The translations under genes were made by a program, and so were the position numbers. A stretch of DNA of 57,530 nt, the filler included, from Sphacelaria rigidula (lineage: Eukaryota): NCBI GenBank assembly GCA_964200075.2. It is 8 parts of 8 records of this genome, joined end to end, with 100 filler letters (N's around TTAATTAATTAA, not from the genome) between each part and the next. Parts side by side here need not be neighbours in the genome. Positions count along the whole stretch, not along the records: positions 7,206 to 14,309 come from CAXNAA020016464.1; positions 14,410 to 21,513 come from CAXNAA020016465.1; positions 21,614 to 28,717 come from CAXNAA020016466.1; 5 more parts are not named here. One strand, written 5' to 3'. Below, piece by piece: positions 11,936 through 23,282 of this stretch (position 1 is the stretch's first letter; every line of letters begins with the position of its first letter). Under the pieces are notes generated by a model that saw nothing but the letters and a program-made list of their open reading frames with translations, did no database searches and was not told the DNA's origin.

Positions 11936-13029
11936 TTCAAGCCGCGAGTGGGCGCTAGAATGTGCATGTCGTACGCGCTGGGTTCGAGACCACCCTCCCC
12001 CCCGCTATCCCGGACGATGAGACATATCTCCTCCCCAAACACCCTCACCCCCGCGGTGTTTTCTCATGTACTAGTCGTATGTGGACGAACTACATGATGA
12101 TGCTGAAGGCATGAGGGGTATCGTCTAAACATCTATACCTTTCCTATGTCCCCCTCAAATGCTCGGCAGCACGGCCGTTTGTCTACAACCGGACAAAGCG
12201 GGGTATACCACGCTCGAGGACGGCTGCTTTCCTATCCCCGTAAACCCCATGGGCTCAATCTCCACATGCGACATCACCGGCGCTGTGAAGATATTTTTTT
12301 TTCTTTGTAGTTGTACGTGCCATGCAGTGAAATGTCGACTCTCGATGAGATCTTCAGTGTACTTCAACAGCCAAAACAAGAGGCGGGCAATATTAGCCGT
12401 CAGTTGGTGTAAATTCAGATAAATTGGTGCGGACCTGTCTGCCCAAGCGCTGAAACTTCATTAGTTGGCGATGAAGAAGCGTTGCTTTACCCGATTCGGC
12501 CGCAAGGTTTTCCTATCCGTACTATTAATGACACGACAGCGCAGCGGATGAGATTGCCGGGTTGCCATTTTGATGGCCCGTCTTAAATATCCCGAACCGT
12601 TTACAGGGTTAGAGTCTCCTGAGAAGAGGCGCCAGAATCTTTTCGAAATAAAATGCCCTGAATCCGCTCAAACAGAGGCTCTGCTTGTAAGATATTTCGC
12701 CAGCTGCTGCAACTCGTAGCAGTGTGCACAGGTTTCACTACAGTCAAACTTTGACGTGGTGCGATGTAGAAATCAATGTAGGATGCGGTACAGAGAGGCA
12801 GCCTTCCCCCACAATCAAGGCTTACCGGTGTGGAGTCGGCTTCTTTCGTGGAAATAAGGAAAAAGAGGGTGTTTCAGACTGTCGATTAGGCCAAAGCTAT
12901 GACTCGAGGCGACCCAAACCGAAGTGACAAGCCAGGAAGCTCGTCTCGTCTTTTCTCAGGAAGACACATCTCACACGTATCGTCATCGGTCAACACCAAG
13001 AGGACTCAAAAACGAACAAATAGCAAGAC

Positions 13030-13694
13030 GAGATAATGTCCACAGGTGAAAGTGGGGGATACAGAACAGAAGTAAGAGGCATACTTGATGTAAATGAAGC
13101 GCCAAGACGGAATGCAGACGAGGAAGAGCACCTGAAGGTGTAGAAGGGGCTGGGACAGAGTAAAGTGATGAAAGACTATCTGCATGACCCAATGAACTTC
13201 GTGAAACAAATGAAACTGCAATTTCGAGTGGAGGACCTGGACCTGCCAGAGGGAAGAAAGAGATATATCAGTACGATAGTCGAGTGGAGAAGGATGTCGA
13301 TGCACAGAAGTGCTCCTGTGGCGAAGCAATAGATAGTAGGACTCATGAAGTGGCAGAATATGAGCTGTACAATGAGTGAAGGGACGAGCGAGAAAGAGAA
13401 GTGCGGCCATTGACGAAGGTGGCATGAAATCGTTTGATGCATTAGACAGTAGGCAGAAGACGGTGGCTATACCAGGGGATAAAAGGTGGCCACGGACGGC
13501 GAAACAGGACGGGATAAGGTGTATAAAAGGTTTGTGTGTAATGTATGGAAGAAGGGCAAAGATCGCCAGAATGTTGGGGGTGTCTCTATTGGGAGTAGGA
13601 ACGGTGCTCCATCTCGAAAGGGATACGTGGTCAATGGTCGAACGACTACGGCAAGCAACAAATGAGTACGCCCCCCCCGCCCGTCGCCCCCCCT
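13030..13694 (+). mobile_element. LINE family A, 3' fragment
   Basis: Colinear with 41230-41860. Ends GCAAGCAACAAATGAGTACG followed by C8. Confidence 0.88.
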
Positions 13695-13899
13695 ATGGGG
13701 TTGGCGTCAGTTGGTAATGGCGCTGTAGGACACGCCACGCACTGCGTAAGACAGGCAACCAGACCACCGTTTATCGCGCGCTTGCGTTTTTTTGCGGTAA
13801 CAATGATGGTGGTCGAGCTAGGTCATATTGTGCGGAGTGGGAGAAATTCGATTCCGCGCAGTGTGGGTGTTCATACTACATGGTGTTTAAACGGTAAGA

Positions 13900-14190
13900 C
13901 ACCCATGAGGCAGTGTGTAACCCGTGGCTGTCTCTGGAAGTGGCGACAACAGAAAGTGAAGCAACTCATTGTAGGCTGTCATTCAAATGCAAGATGATCA
14001 GTACGCTTCGGGCCGAACTATCTCATCAGGATGCAGCTCTCCCTCCATGCGACTCGCCGAATACATCACGGCGCTTCGCGCGTGGTGATTTAGTGCGAGC
14101 CTGGTCCGGCGAAAGCCCGGCGTGCTCCGTGCCGGCTTTGTAGGGATATCAGGGCAGTGGTCATACGACTGCGGCATGCAAGGTCATGAT
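13900..14190. repeat. Unclassified dispersed repeat (about 290 bp)
   Basis: Reverse-complement homolog at about 22665-22960, sharing ATCAGTACGCTTCGGGCCGAA and GCCTGGTCCGGCGAAA. Confidence 0.8.
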
Positions 14191-14213
14191 GAATAGCCCC
14201 CCCCCCACACACA

Positions 14214-14309
14214 GATGCTAGAAAAGGAAGACAAAATCAGCGAGGCACAAGCACGATTTGGACCATACCATAGTTGCGTAGACCATGTGGACACACTAAG
14301 TAAGATTAT
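14214..14309 (+). mobile_element. LINE family A, 5'-truncated copy cut by the scaffold end
   Basis: MLEKEDKISEAQARFGPYHSCVDHVDTLSKI matches the RT segment at 11120-11210 and 40085-40180. Confidence 0.8.
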
Positions 14310-14409
14310 NNNNNNNNNNNNNNNNNNNNNNNNNNNNNNNNNNNNNNNNNNNNTTAATTAATTAANNNNNNNNNNNNNNNNNNNNNNNNNNNNNNNNNNN
14401 NNNNNNNNN

Positions 14410-14460
14410 GAACCCCCCAACTCAACCATCAGAAGGTTACGAGGTTACCAACTGAGCCAC
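14410..14460 (-). mobile_element. tRNA-derived SINE-like head (partial)
   Basis: Minus strand reads GTGGCTCAGTTGG (A-box-like)...GGGGGTTC (start of a B box). Truncated by the scaffold edge. Confidence 0.45.
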
Positions 14461-15147
14461 ATTACATGACCAAAGTACAGTACAGGCAGTATATACTTCA
14501 TCATTTTTTCCCATCGCCATCGATCTACCTGGCATCACATGCTGTATGCATCCATCGAGCTCCTACACACATGATACATAATTCTGGCTGGTGAAGTGAC
14601 ACCAATCTCGCACAACAGTGCCCAAATAGGAAACAAATAGATGAACGATGGTGAGTTGGATCTTATTCCTAGTCATCACCCCCCCCCGCCGCAGTCTTCT
14701 AAAAAAGCGGACTGACTATTATAGTACGTAGAGTGAACTACGTAGGCTACAGTATAGCTACACTAGGTTTAGAATACGCTGTTGCTCGCTGAACTACTGA
14801 GACCAGACCGCAACTATGCACATTCTGCAGCCGGCTCCGGCGCCATAGGTGAGCACCAGATTTAGTACATTTACCAGAAAACATCTCGTATCTCGTATGA
14901 CGTCTAGACATCATATATATATTATATTATTGAACACAGATAGCAGGGTCCCCCTCGCAACGGATATCGATGCCCCCTAAAACACCAAACTGTCGTCATG
15001 TCAGAGTGTGGTATCATATACGTACGTCAAGGCGCAGCTGATACTTCCAACTGTTGTAACAGACATCAGCAGTACAGGCGAATAGTGGTGAGCTGGGAGG
15101 CAACCCGCTGCGAGACATACTGCCAACACAACACAAGGCGTATCAGT

Positions 15148-15401
15148 ATGACAGCCACAGCCGCTGCGGCCATCGCAATAGCGGTACTGGCCACCACGGC
15201 TACTACTACAGATGCCTTTGCCACGTCTCCCGCAGTGTTGAGGGTGGCGACACCAGCAGCTTCGGCGGGGCATTTGCAGATGAGGTCCTCGTTCACGTCG
15301 GGGTTCGCGCCCGTTACCTCGACGGCGCGGCGATCAAGCGTCAGCAGCAGTAGTCCAATGACGATGGACACTGTTAATGTGGGGGTCATTGGCGCGGGGA
15401 G
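15148..15401 (+). CDS. iolG: iolG-like exon 1 (signal peptide, transit peptide, start of Rossmann fold)
   Basis: MTATAAAAIAIAVLATTATTTDA-FATSP..., then a Ser/Thr/Arg-rich stretch, then TVNVGVIGAG. Donor AG|GTACAG. Confidence 0.88.
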
Positions 15402-16531
15402 GTACAGCACAGTATGACCGTGTGATTGGGTTGTCATTCGTGCGCGTTTCTTCTGTCTTGTCAGTCGTGTTTGAACATGCAGATAGATTTGCCATGACTT
15501 GCGGCGTTTTATTGTGACGTTCGGACCATATGTCTCTTACTTTCTTATGACCACGTTGAGGGGTGCGTTGTGTGAGATGGCTTATACTATTTGGGCTGTT
15601 GACGTCGATTCTCGTCCGCAGTCTCTGGCTAAGAGGCTCCTTGCTGCAGCAGTCTTGCAATGGGGTCTCCATTCACGCGAACCCCACCGGTGGTGACGCA
15701 TATCATGTACAAACATGGAAGTCGCTCATGATATCGTGTGGGGTTGCAGTCGATCATGTTCACTCGGAAGTTGGAATGTTGAGCCTACCCTCATGTTTAC
15801 CGACCTTTTGACCGTACTAACTTGAATTACAGTTGTACCCATCGTGTGCGCCGGTTTCGGGCACACGTGACACTAGAGTTCCATGTGTGCCACCTGGATA
15901 TTCGTGTAGGCCAGCATAGTATCGATGGCGGTACCTACCTAACCGTAGTGCTCTGCACACACACTGTTACCGGCCCATCGTCCATCACCGAGTCGACGTG
16001 GCAGAGTTTGTGAGCGATGGACGCACCTGGTTGTTTCGAACCCGTGTGGATCTTCTCATTCGCTTTATTCGACTCTTGTTATCTCTCGTTTTTTTATTTC
16101 CTAATACGTTGATATGACTTTTTCTATAGCGCTACGTACTGTCCTGAGTTTTGCCGCACAAACGTCCTGTTCGCTGTCGTGGCGCGCGCAGTGGCCAATA
16201 GCGACAACGTGCGGTTCAATGCCCTATTTTCGCCACTGAATTCGCTTTTCCACCCCCGTTGGCGGCCCCAAAACTCGGCGTCGACAATCTAAACTCAGGA
16301 TCGGGCTGGTGCACCTGGAGGCGTTGGCAAGCTGCGCTAATGCCAAGCCAATTATCATCAGCAACCCTACGGTATCCAAGGCCGAGGTGCGTGTGCCTTA
16401 GCACATCTCGATATGGATCAGACGAAGGATCATCATGCACGTGTACAGTTGTACAGTACAACGGTGGGTATAACATGAATCCGTCCCCGTTGCCCCTCGA
16501 GTCTCGTTTTGTCATCATTACTACTTGGGTA

Positions 16532-16579
<48 letters not shown>

Positions 16580-19500
16580 GCGTAGCTAGAGATCTGTCTC
16601 GCAGCTGTAGACTTTCGGACGCCGTGACATGAGGAATGGGGAAGAACAGGATCATACGCTACCCCCCCCAGCAACTACGCCGTCTCTGGCTTTCGATGGT
16701 GCCGGGGGGATCGGATCGGTTTAGTCGACAGTACCGTAGCTCCTGGCTCCCTTGCTCCCCAACCAAGTCGAATTATTGAAGGAAAAAAATAGTAACTCGC
16801 ACATTGTTTCGCCGTCGTCCATGCTGACGAAGGCTACGAGTAGCTCCTCCTCCAAGAGCTCCAGGGGCCGCCTCCTGGGGGTCAAAACTACCGCCTCCTC
16901 CATCCTGTAAGACTCATCCGTAATGCCTCTCCCCCATTCGAACTCCATTCGAACTCCAGGCCGCGGCGAAAAAGTTTAACGTACCGTATTCCTCGGGGGA
17001 TGCAATGGATGTTATCACCCACCCGGAGGTGGACGCCGTGTGGATCTGCTCCCCTTCCCAGTACCACGCAGACCAGGTGCGATTTGCCTGCGAAGAAGGC
17101 TCGTTATGGTACTTTCCTGCAGTTCGTATACTGCCCTCGATGTGTACGAGTAGTTGTGGTGACACAACGAGGAGCGTCGGTGATGCAAATGACCCACACG
17201 AGTGCCAGTTTCAGTGAAGCCGATGTCGCTTTCTCTTTTTTTCCTCGCCACGCTCATTCGAAGGAGAAGAACAAGACGGACTCGAGGATATCGTACAAAT
17301 TTAACGTAGTTATGGCTACTAGGAACCTCACGGTAAAAAAGGGCCAAGATCCAAAACACGGCATGCATTTATTGGGAATTCACTAGGCGAAACTGGCCTC
17401 GAAAGACAAAGCCCCTGACTCGGATGAACGAGTGTAGGGCAAACGCCTCTCTGAAAGCTAGCGCAATGGCATGACCGTAAAGAGTTGTTGAAAATTTTAG
17501 CTCGACGGCACCAACCGCTCTAGGGCGGATTTGGGCAGATCGGACCGAGCCTGTCTGGATTCCGTTGCACCGGGAAGATGACGGCGGCTTGTTCAGTAGG
17601 GACAAAGCTCCCACCCTTGTGGGGCCTCACAGCGGGTTCATGTCGACTTCCGCGCATCAAGCATCAACCGCTGAGTGTTGAAATTGGCTTCGTTGAAAAG
17701 CTGCTCTGGTGTCCCTTGAGTGCACCTCTAAAAATCTGGTTATTGCAAATCCTTTCCTGATTCCCAGACTAATCATTTGAAGGTGACCATCTAAACAAGT
17801 CTGATCAAATCTGCCCCCCTGTCATCCATTTCTCGTTACATTCTGTAACTTTTGTACCGCCCCCCCTCGCGCTACCTGTGCGCACTCAGATCAAAGCCTG
17901 CGCAGCGAACGGGAAGCACGTTTTCTGCGAGAAGCCCATTGCAACGGACGTGCCTGAGACGATTGAGGCAATCAACGCCTGCAAGACGGCCGGCGTAAAG
18001 CTTATGACTGCCCTGCAGAGACGGTTCGACCCTAACTTCGCACGCGTGAAAGTGGCCATCGCCGACGGAGAAGTCGGGGACCTTATCCAGGTTCGACTTT
18101 GCCCTTTTTTTCTTCGTTACTGAGTCATTTCCTGCTCCTTTTTCTCCCGTTTCCATCTCAACTGTTGATGCCGTATTGTGAATATTTTCGTATCAGTTCC
18201 ATCTTGCCTTCCTCCCCCCGCTCCCCTCGTCCCTACGCTCGTCTGGAATAGACAGCATAAGCTGGCGGTGACGCAACCGTGGCAGATTTCGTGTTCTTGT
18301 AAGTGACGAAGTGCCAGGGGTTGTGTCAACTGTTCCCAGCGGCGGCGGTGGGAGGGGTGTGTGCCCAATTCAGCCTACCGTAAGGAGTTGTCGCGTTTGT
18401 TGAGGCGCACCCGAAAACTAGAGTAAACTAAGCGCTGTTGCCGTGACTGATTGCTTTTTCCAAATGCTATAGGTGAAGCTCACGTCACGCGATCCTTCTC
18501 CACCACCAGTGGAGTATGTCCGAGGGGGTGGCGGTATCTTCAAAGACATGGCGGTTCACGACCTCGACATGTCGCGGTTCCTGATGGGCAGCGAGCCTAA
18601 GGCAAGGAAGATACGTTTGTATTCGACAGGAACGATGCTGGACCGATGACTCGGAACATTTCTCGTGTGATGTCATGCACATAAGGAATAGCGAGAGTCA
18701 AACGTGTTTCCCGGGTCTCTTGCCACATCCGTCGTGCGGGGTCCTCATACCCCTACCCGATGGCGCGACATAAGACGCTTTTGTTGCCGCGGAGGAACCC
18801 CCCCCCCCCCCCCCCCCCCCCACCGCCCCCCCGTGCGCGCCCGGGGGGGGGGTTTTTTTTGTGGTGGTGGGGGGGGGGGGGNNNNNNNNNNCTACAGTCT
18901 TGGTGGGGGGGCCACAAACCCCTACCCGAGGGCGCCACATACCGCGGTTTTGTTGCCCCGGGGGAACCCCCCCCCCCCCCCGTAGTAATCATGCCGTCCT
19001 CGTGCAGCCGTGGCGGATATTTTTTGTTGGTGGTGGGAATGGTTGCGGTTCCCGTTGGTCGAGCTGTTTTTCCAACAAAGTTGTGTTGGTGAGGCCGATG
19101 TGTCCTTCCACCCCACTTCAACGACTTTGTATCCTATCCCCCATTCTGAATCATCCCTGCGCCATGTCACGTCGTGCAACAGCGCATCTTGGCAACGGGG
19201 TCGTGCCACATCGACCACGCCATCGAGAGCCTAGAGGGACCCGAGGCCTACGACACGGCCACCATCATGGTGGAGTACGAGAACGGTCGCGTGGCATGCA
19301 TTGATGTTTGCCGCCAGGCACCTTACGGGTGAGGAGAGGGGCTTCGTTGATGTGGCGCAGCTGTAGCTTGTTCGAGTGTTGCGTGAGTCTGGCCTATGTT
19401 CTGTCAAGTGGGATGATGTCAGCACGTCGCCCACTTCGGTTGTTGCACATATTGCCCTCGAACACCGACCTTGCCGATGGATGCCAACATACCTATATTC

Positions 19501-21407
19501 GTCCCATGTCCTTGTCGTCAGCAGACAAAAGAGACAGGGCTGTATCGCCTTGTAACACACGAAATTATTTCATTTTTGTGGCGGGAGTCCGCCAACGCCG
19601 AGACACTCGATGATTTATCATGCGGTACGGTGCGTTATCGTGCATTTTTATTTCTAGACTTGACTCAATCCATGCGTACACGCATCCTCCCCGTCCTTGT
19701 CTTCGTTGACTTGTGTATATCCAGGTACGACCAGCGCGCGGAAGCATTGGGCTCCAAGGGCATGATCCAGACCGACAACATGTGAGCCGCGGCGACGGCG
19801 GACCAATGATCGTACGGCACTTGATTGAATTTTTGGTAGTGTACGTGTCGGTCTCACTTTCGTCAGGACGAGGCCACCTCGGTGCGGAGATTCGAGGTGA
19901 TGCCCGCACCCCAAAAAAAATGGTGGTGGGTGCTTGCTTTGTTCTGTCATTTTCACATTCTGAATAATGGCGGTATATGACGTTTTCAAATCGTGCACTG
20001 CGTACAGTGTCGACTGATGCGTATATTGCAATCGACAAAATGTTTGCATACTGTACCCAGTACATGTTTTGAAAATGTAATCTAAATGTCATTATCCAGG
20101 GTGTAGGAGTTTGACTTTGTTGCCCTAGTCAATGCTTTGTGCAGAGGTTTTTCTCCTGACCGCTAGGTTGACCGTTAGCGAACACGCCCCTCCTGTCTCC
20201 ACCCCTCAAGACAGGAAGCCGGGTTCAACGTGCACCTCGGTCAAGACTGATGTCGTTAGTATACGGCATCTCTCGCAAACACCCGCGGTCGCTTCGTTCG
20301 TGCGTGCGCTGTCGACATCAACGGGAATAACTGAGATAATGAAAACCACTCCTTGTTCTACCCCTCACTGCTCAACAGGTACCCCAACACTGCGCGAGTA
20401 TATCTCAAAGGCTTCACCGGAAACGCTGACATGCCGTACGACTTCTTCATGAGCCGCTACAAGGAGGTGGGTACGATGAGCAAGCCGCTCGCTGATTCCT
20501 CATTGCCGTGTGTTGTTTTGGTCATCATCTACTCGTTTCGTACTCTGCTGCTGGTGTGCGATACACACGTTGAACGCATGAACCACGGATAATCCGGCGG
20601 GAGCGGAGACACTTGCAGCGCGAATAAGTTTTATCCAGGGAAATTTTCTTCAATTTTTCTTGTCTTGCTCGTGAACGTCTCCCCCTCCTCGTGACGAGGC
20701 CGTACTCCCGAAAGATATGGCCATCTCTCCCCGGGTACAAACCTTGGATGTTGTTATTGCGGATTGGATCAGCAACTATGCACCGCTTCGACTATCGTCA
20801 CTCAGCGAAATAGGACCTTTCCTGCTACTCAGATCCTCACATTTGCGCCATCAGATGTGTGTGAAAAAGAAAAGGCAAACTGAACGCATCTGGCCGGAGT
20901 TGAACCCGTGTTTCCCGCCTGGATGATGACAATTGTATCATCAGACCACCAGGGCGAGGCGATTTGTTACCGTGTTGTGTCGTCGGTCAGTGTCACTCCA
21001 AGCGGATCCATTTTGATGCGGGCTTGAGCGAGCTGTGAGCCGGTTCCCGACGCCTACAACCACAGCTCTCGATATATCGCGGTATTATGAGCTTGTCGGC
21101 TTCTCACATCTATGGAGAGTGCACTCGTGTTTTCAGAGTAACATGTCGACCAGGGTAGTGGCTGTTTTTTCTCTCCTCCGTCTCGTTGGCTGCTCTGTCT
21201 CATTTCTCTCGTCCCATCTGGTATCTCCGATATGGCCATGTACTGTGTGCTGTGTGCTGTGGGTTAGGCCTACATCCAAGAGACTCTCGCCTTCTGCGAC
21301 TGCCTGGTGAACGACAAGCCGTCGCCATGCTCTGGAGAGGATGGCCTCATGGCGCTCATCATGTCCATCGCTGCGGGCATGTCTGCTGAGCAAAACCGCT
21401 GGGTCGG
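15148..21407 (+). CDS. iolG: Myo-inositol 2-dehydrogenase-like (Gfo/Idh/MocA) gene, 9 exons, 3'-incomplete, probable plastid targeting
   Basis: Exons 15148-15401, 16299-16386, 16960-17076, 17890-18090, 18473-18601, 19183-19328, 19725-19781, 20379-20466 and 21268-21407 splice in frame (406 codons plus 2 nt). Motifs GVIGAGRIG, HVFCEKP, QRRFDPNF, SRDP, GGIFKDMAVHDLD, YGYDQRAE. Confidence 0.95.
16299..16386 (+). CDS. iolG: iolG-like exon 2
   Basis: cag|(R)IGLVHLEALASCANAKPIIISNPTVSKAE|gtgcgt. Confidence 0.92.
16534..16577. repeat. (CT)n microsatellite
   Basis: Direct observation. Confidence 0.95.
16960..17076 (+). CDS. iolG: iolG-like exon 3
   Basis: cag|AAAKKFNVPYSSGDAMDVITHPEVDAVWICSPSQYHADQ|gtgcga. 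Confidence 0.93.
17890..18090 (+). CDS. iolG: iolG-like exon 4
   Basis: cag|IKACAANGKHVFCEKP...QRRFDPNF...GDLIQ|gttcga. Confidence 0.95.
18473..18601 (+). CDS. iolG: iolG-like exon 5 (GC donor)
   Basis: tag|VKLTSRDPSPPPVEYVRGGGGIFKDMAVHDLDMSRFLMGSEPK|gcaagg. Confidence 0.9.
19183..19328 (+). CDS. iolG: iolG-like exon 6
   Basis: cag|RILATGSCHIDHAIESLEGPEAYDTATIMVEYENGRVACIDVCRQAPY(G)|gtgagg. Confidence 0.93.
19725..19781 (+). CDS. iolG: iolG-like exon 7
   Basis: cag|(G)YDQRAEALGSKGMIQTDN(M)|gtgagc. Confidence 0.93.
20379..20466 (+). CDS. iolG: iolG-like exon 8
   Basis: cag|(M)YPNTARVYLKGFTGNADMPYDFFMSRYKE|gtgggt. Confidence 0.92.
20884..20962 (-). mobile_element. tRNA-derived SINE-like head in intron 8
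   Basis: Minus strand reads CCCTGGTGGTCTGATGATAC...CGGGTTCAACTCCGGCCAGATGCG (degenerate A and B boxes). Related to 35170-35250. Confidence 0.55.
21268..21407 (+). CDS. iolG: iolG-like exon 9 (no stop; followed by a donor)
   Basis: tag|AYIQETLAFCDCLVNDKPSPCSGEDGLMALIMSIAAGMSAEQNRWV(G)|gtgagt. Confidence 0.92.
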
Positions 21408-21412
21408 GTGAG

Positions 21413-21446
<34 letters not shown>

Positions 21447-22977
21447 CCGTGGTTTGCGGCAAAGCACCTGGGCTAGCGCGGCGGGAGAGGGAACGCCCAC
21501 AAAAGAGAGGGAGNNNNNNNNNNNNNNNNNNNNNNNNNNNNNNNNNNNNNNNNNNNNTTAATTAATTAANNNNNNNNNNNNNNNNNNNNNNNNNNNNNNN
21601 NNNNNNNNNNNNNAAAAAACGGGTCACCTGGTTGCCTAGCGTACGCAGTGAGTGGCATGTTTTACAGCGTCGTTGCCAACCGACGCCAACCGCATAGGGG
21701 GTCCATCCGATCGACTTCCGATTTTGTGCACAAGGGTGTAACATCCAGGTGCCGGCATGCCCGTCGAACAGAGCCGGAGAAGATCATGCGCACTCAATAG
21801 TATGAACTTCAATGGTCACGTAACCAGTAAAGAGTGGATCCGAGGCACACAAAGTGGATCCAAATGTATTCCAGAGAGCCCTGAGTGGAAAAGCCTCTCC
21901 TGCAACTCAATAGTCGTTTCACGAATAGATTTGTGCGGGGTACCGACATGAAGGCGATGATGTATTTTTACTTTTTTTTCTGCAGGTGCTACCCGCGGAA
22001 TATTGTACGCTAAAAAACGCGGACTGTATGTGCCTTTCCTACAGTATTCCCGCTGAATTAGCAGGTGATTGCTCGACATGGCGATGCTACGGTACCACTA
22101 CCGAGCGTGGATTTTGTTTTTCGTTGTAAGCCACCTTGTGGTGTGACTCCAGCATCTCGGCCACGGCTTGTGCAGTGTGACACTGCTGGCGGAAGCGCAG
22201 CATCATCGTTTTGCTATTTTGCAAAATGTAGAACGCATCCTGTGGACTGTGGCAGCGTTTTCACGGAAGAGCCGAGTGGGGGAAGGAGGGGGGATCGATT
22301 CAATATGTATGTACCACCAGGACAGCACATGAACAGCGACATACACACACAGACAGACAAAGCATTTGACAGCGCATAACGTCTGCCACAACCCCCGATT
22401 CCACTCCACGAAGAAAAAGACCGAACACGTCCAGCATCCGCTACGAGCTTCACCAGATTCGCGTATACGCTAGCGTGTCGTGGAAGGCCCGTACGCAAAG
22501 TGACCGTGCCACTGTCGCAATTCATAACAGTAGATCAGGAGTTACTCGACGAGGCGCCTCAGACTCTTCTCGTGGGCGATGCGCGGGCGGGGAGTGCTGA
22601 TCCTCAGCTGTATCTCCAAAGCTACACCACTTGCAACAAGTGGAACAGGGGGGTTCAGGGGTACACTCATGATCTTGCGTGCTGTAGTCATAAAACCATA
22701 GACCTCGCGTCCCGACAAAGCCGAGACGGAGCACGCCGAGTTTTCGCCGGACCAGGCCCGCGATCTATTACCGAGCGCGAAGGGCCGTGATGCACTCGGC
22801 GAGTCGCGTGAAGGGTGCGCTGCACCTGGTGAAGATTGTTCGGCCCGAAGCGTACTGATTACCTTGCATACTGATGACAGCCTCGAATGGGTCACTTCAT
22901 TTCTGCTATCACCGCTTCCAGAGACTGTCACGGCTTATACACGGCTGCATGGGTGTCTCACCGAGTGAAACAGGGGG

Positions 22978-23095
22978 GCGTACCCATTTGTTGCTTGCCT
23001 TAGTCGTTTGACCATCGACCACGCATCCCTTTCGAGACGGAGCACCGTTCCTACTCCTAGTAGAGACACCTCCAACATCCTGGCGCTCATTACGT
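22978..23095 (-). mobile_element. 118-bp 5'-truncated LINE family A insertion with 16-bp TSD
   Basis: TSD CGAGTGAAACAGGGGG at 22962-22977 and 23096-23111. The insert matches the family A 3' terminus. Confidence 0.93.
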
Positions 23096-23163
23096 CGAGT
23101 GAAACAGGGGGTGGGTGAACAGAAGAATGTGAATAAATGTTGCGGTCGAGGTGTTCTGCTTAC

Positions 23164-23282
23164 CTGAGGATGTTCCCGTGTATATTGCGGTAGGAGTGTA
23201 TGTTGTCGTCAATTTCTTTCGTTGCAGAGGCCAAAGCGCCTCCAAGTGTAACGTTGTGTCCATCGTAGAATTTCGTCAAGCT
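23164..23282 (-). CDS. gamma-lyase exon carrying the PLP-binding Lys
   Basis: cag|SLTKFYDGHNVTLGGALASATKEIDDNIHSYRNIHGNIL(S/R)|gtaagc. Confidence 0.92.

Noticed and set aside
14000-14035. Hammerhead ribozyme (minus-strand CTGATGA...CGAAG; also CTGATGA at 22872 and 51205)
   Set aside because: No GAAA with a proper stem II, and the core is not conserved in the homologous repeat copy.
18740-19000. Direct duplication around poly(C) in iolG intron 5
   Set aside because: The two versions flank a 10-N gap and degrade into homopolymers, as expected from poor reads past poly(C/G). Likely an assembly artefact, as is 38485-38670.
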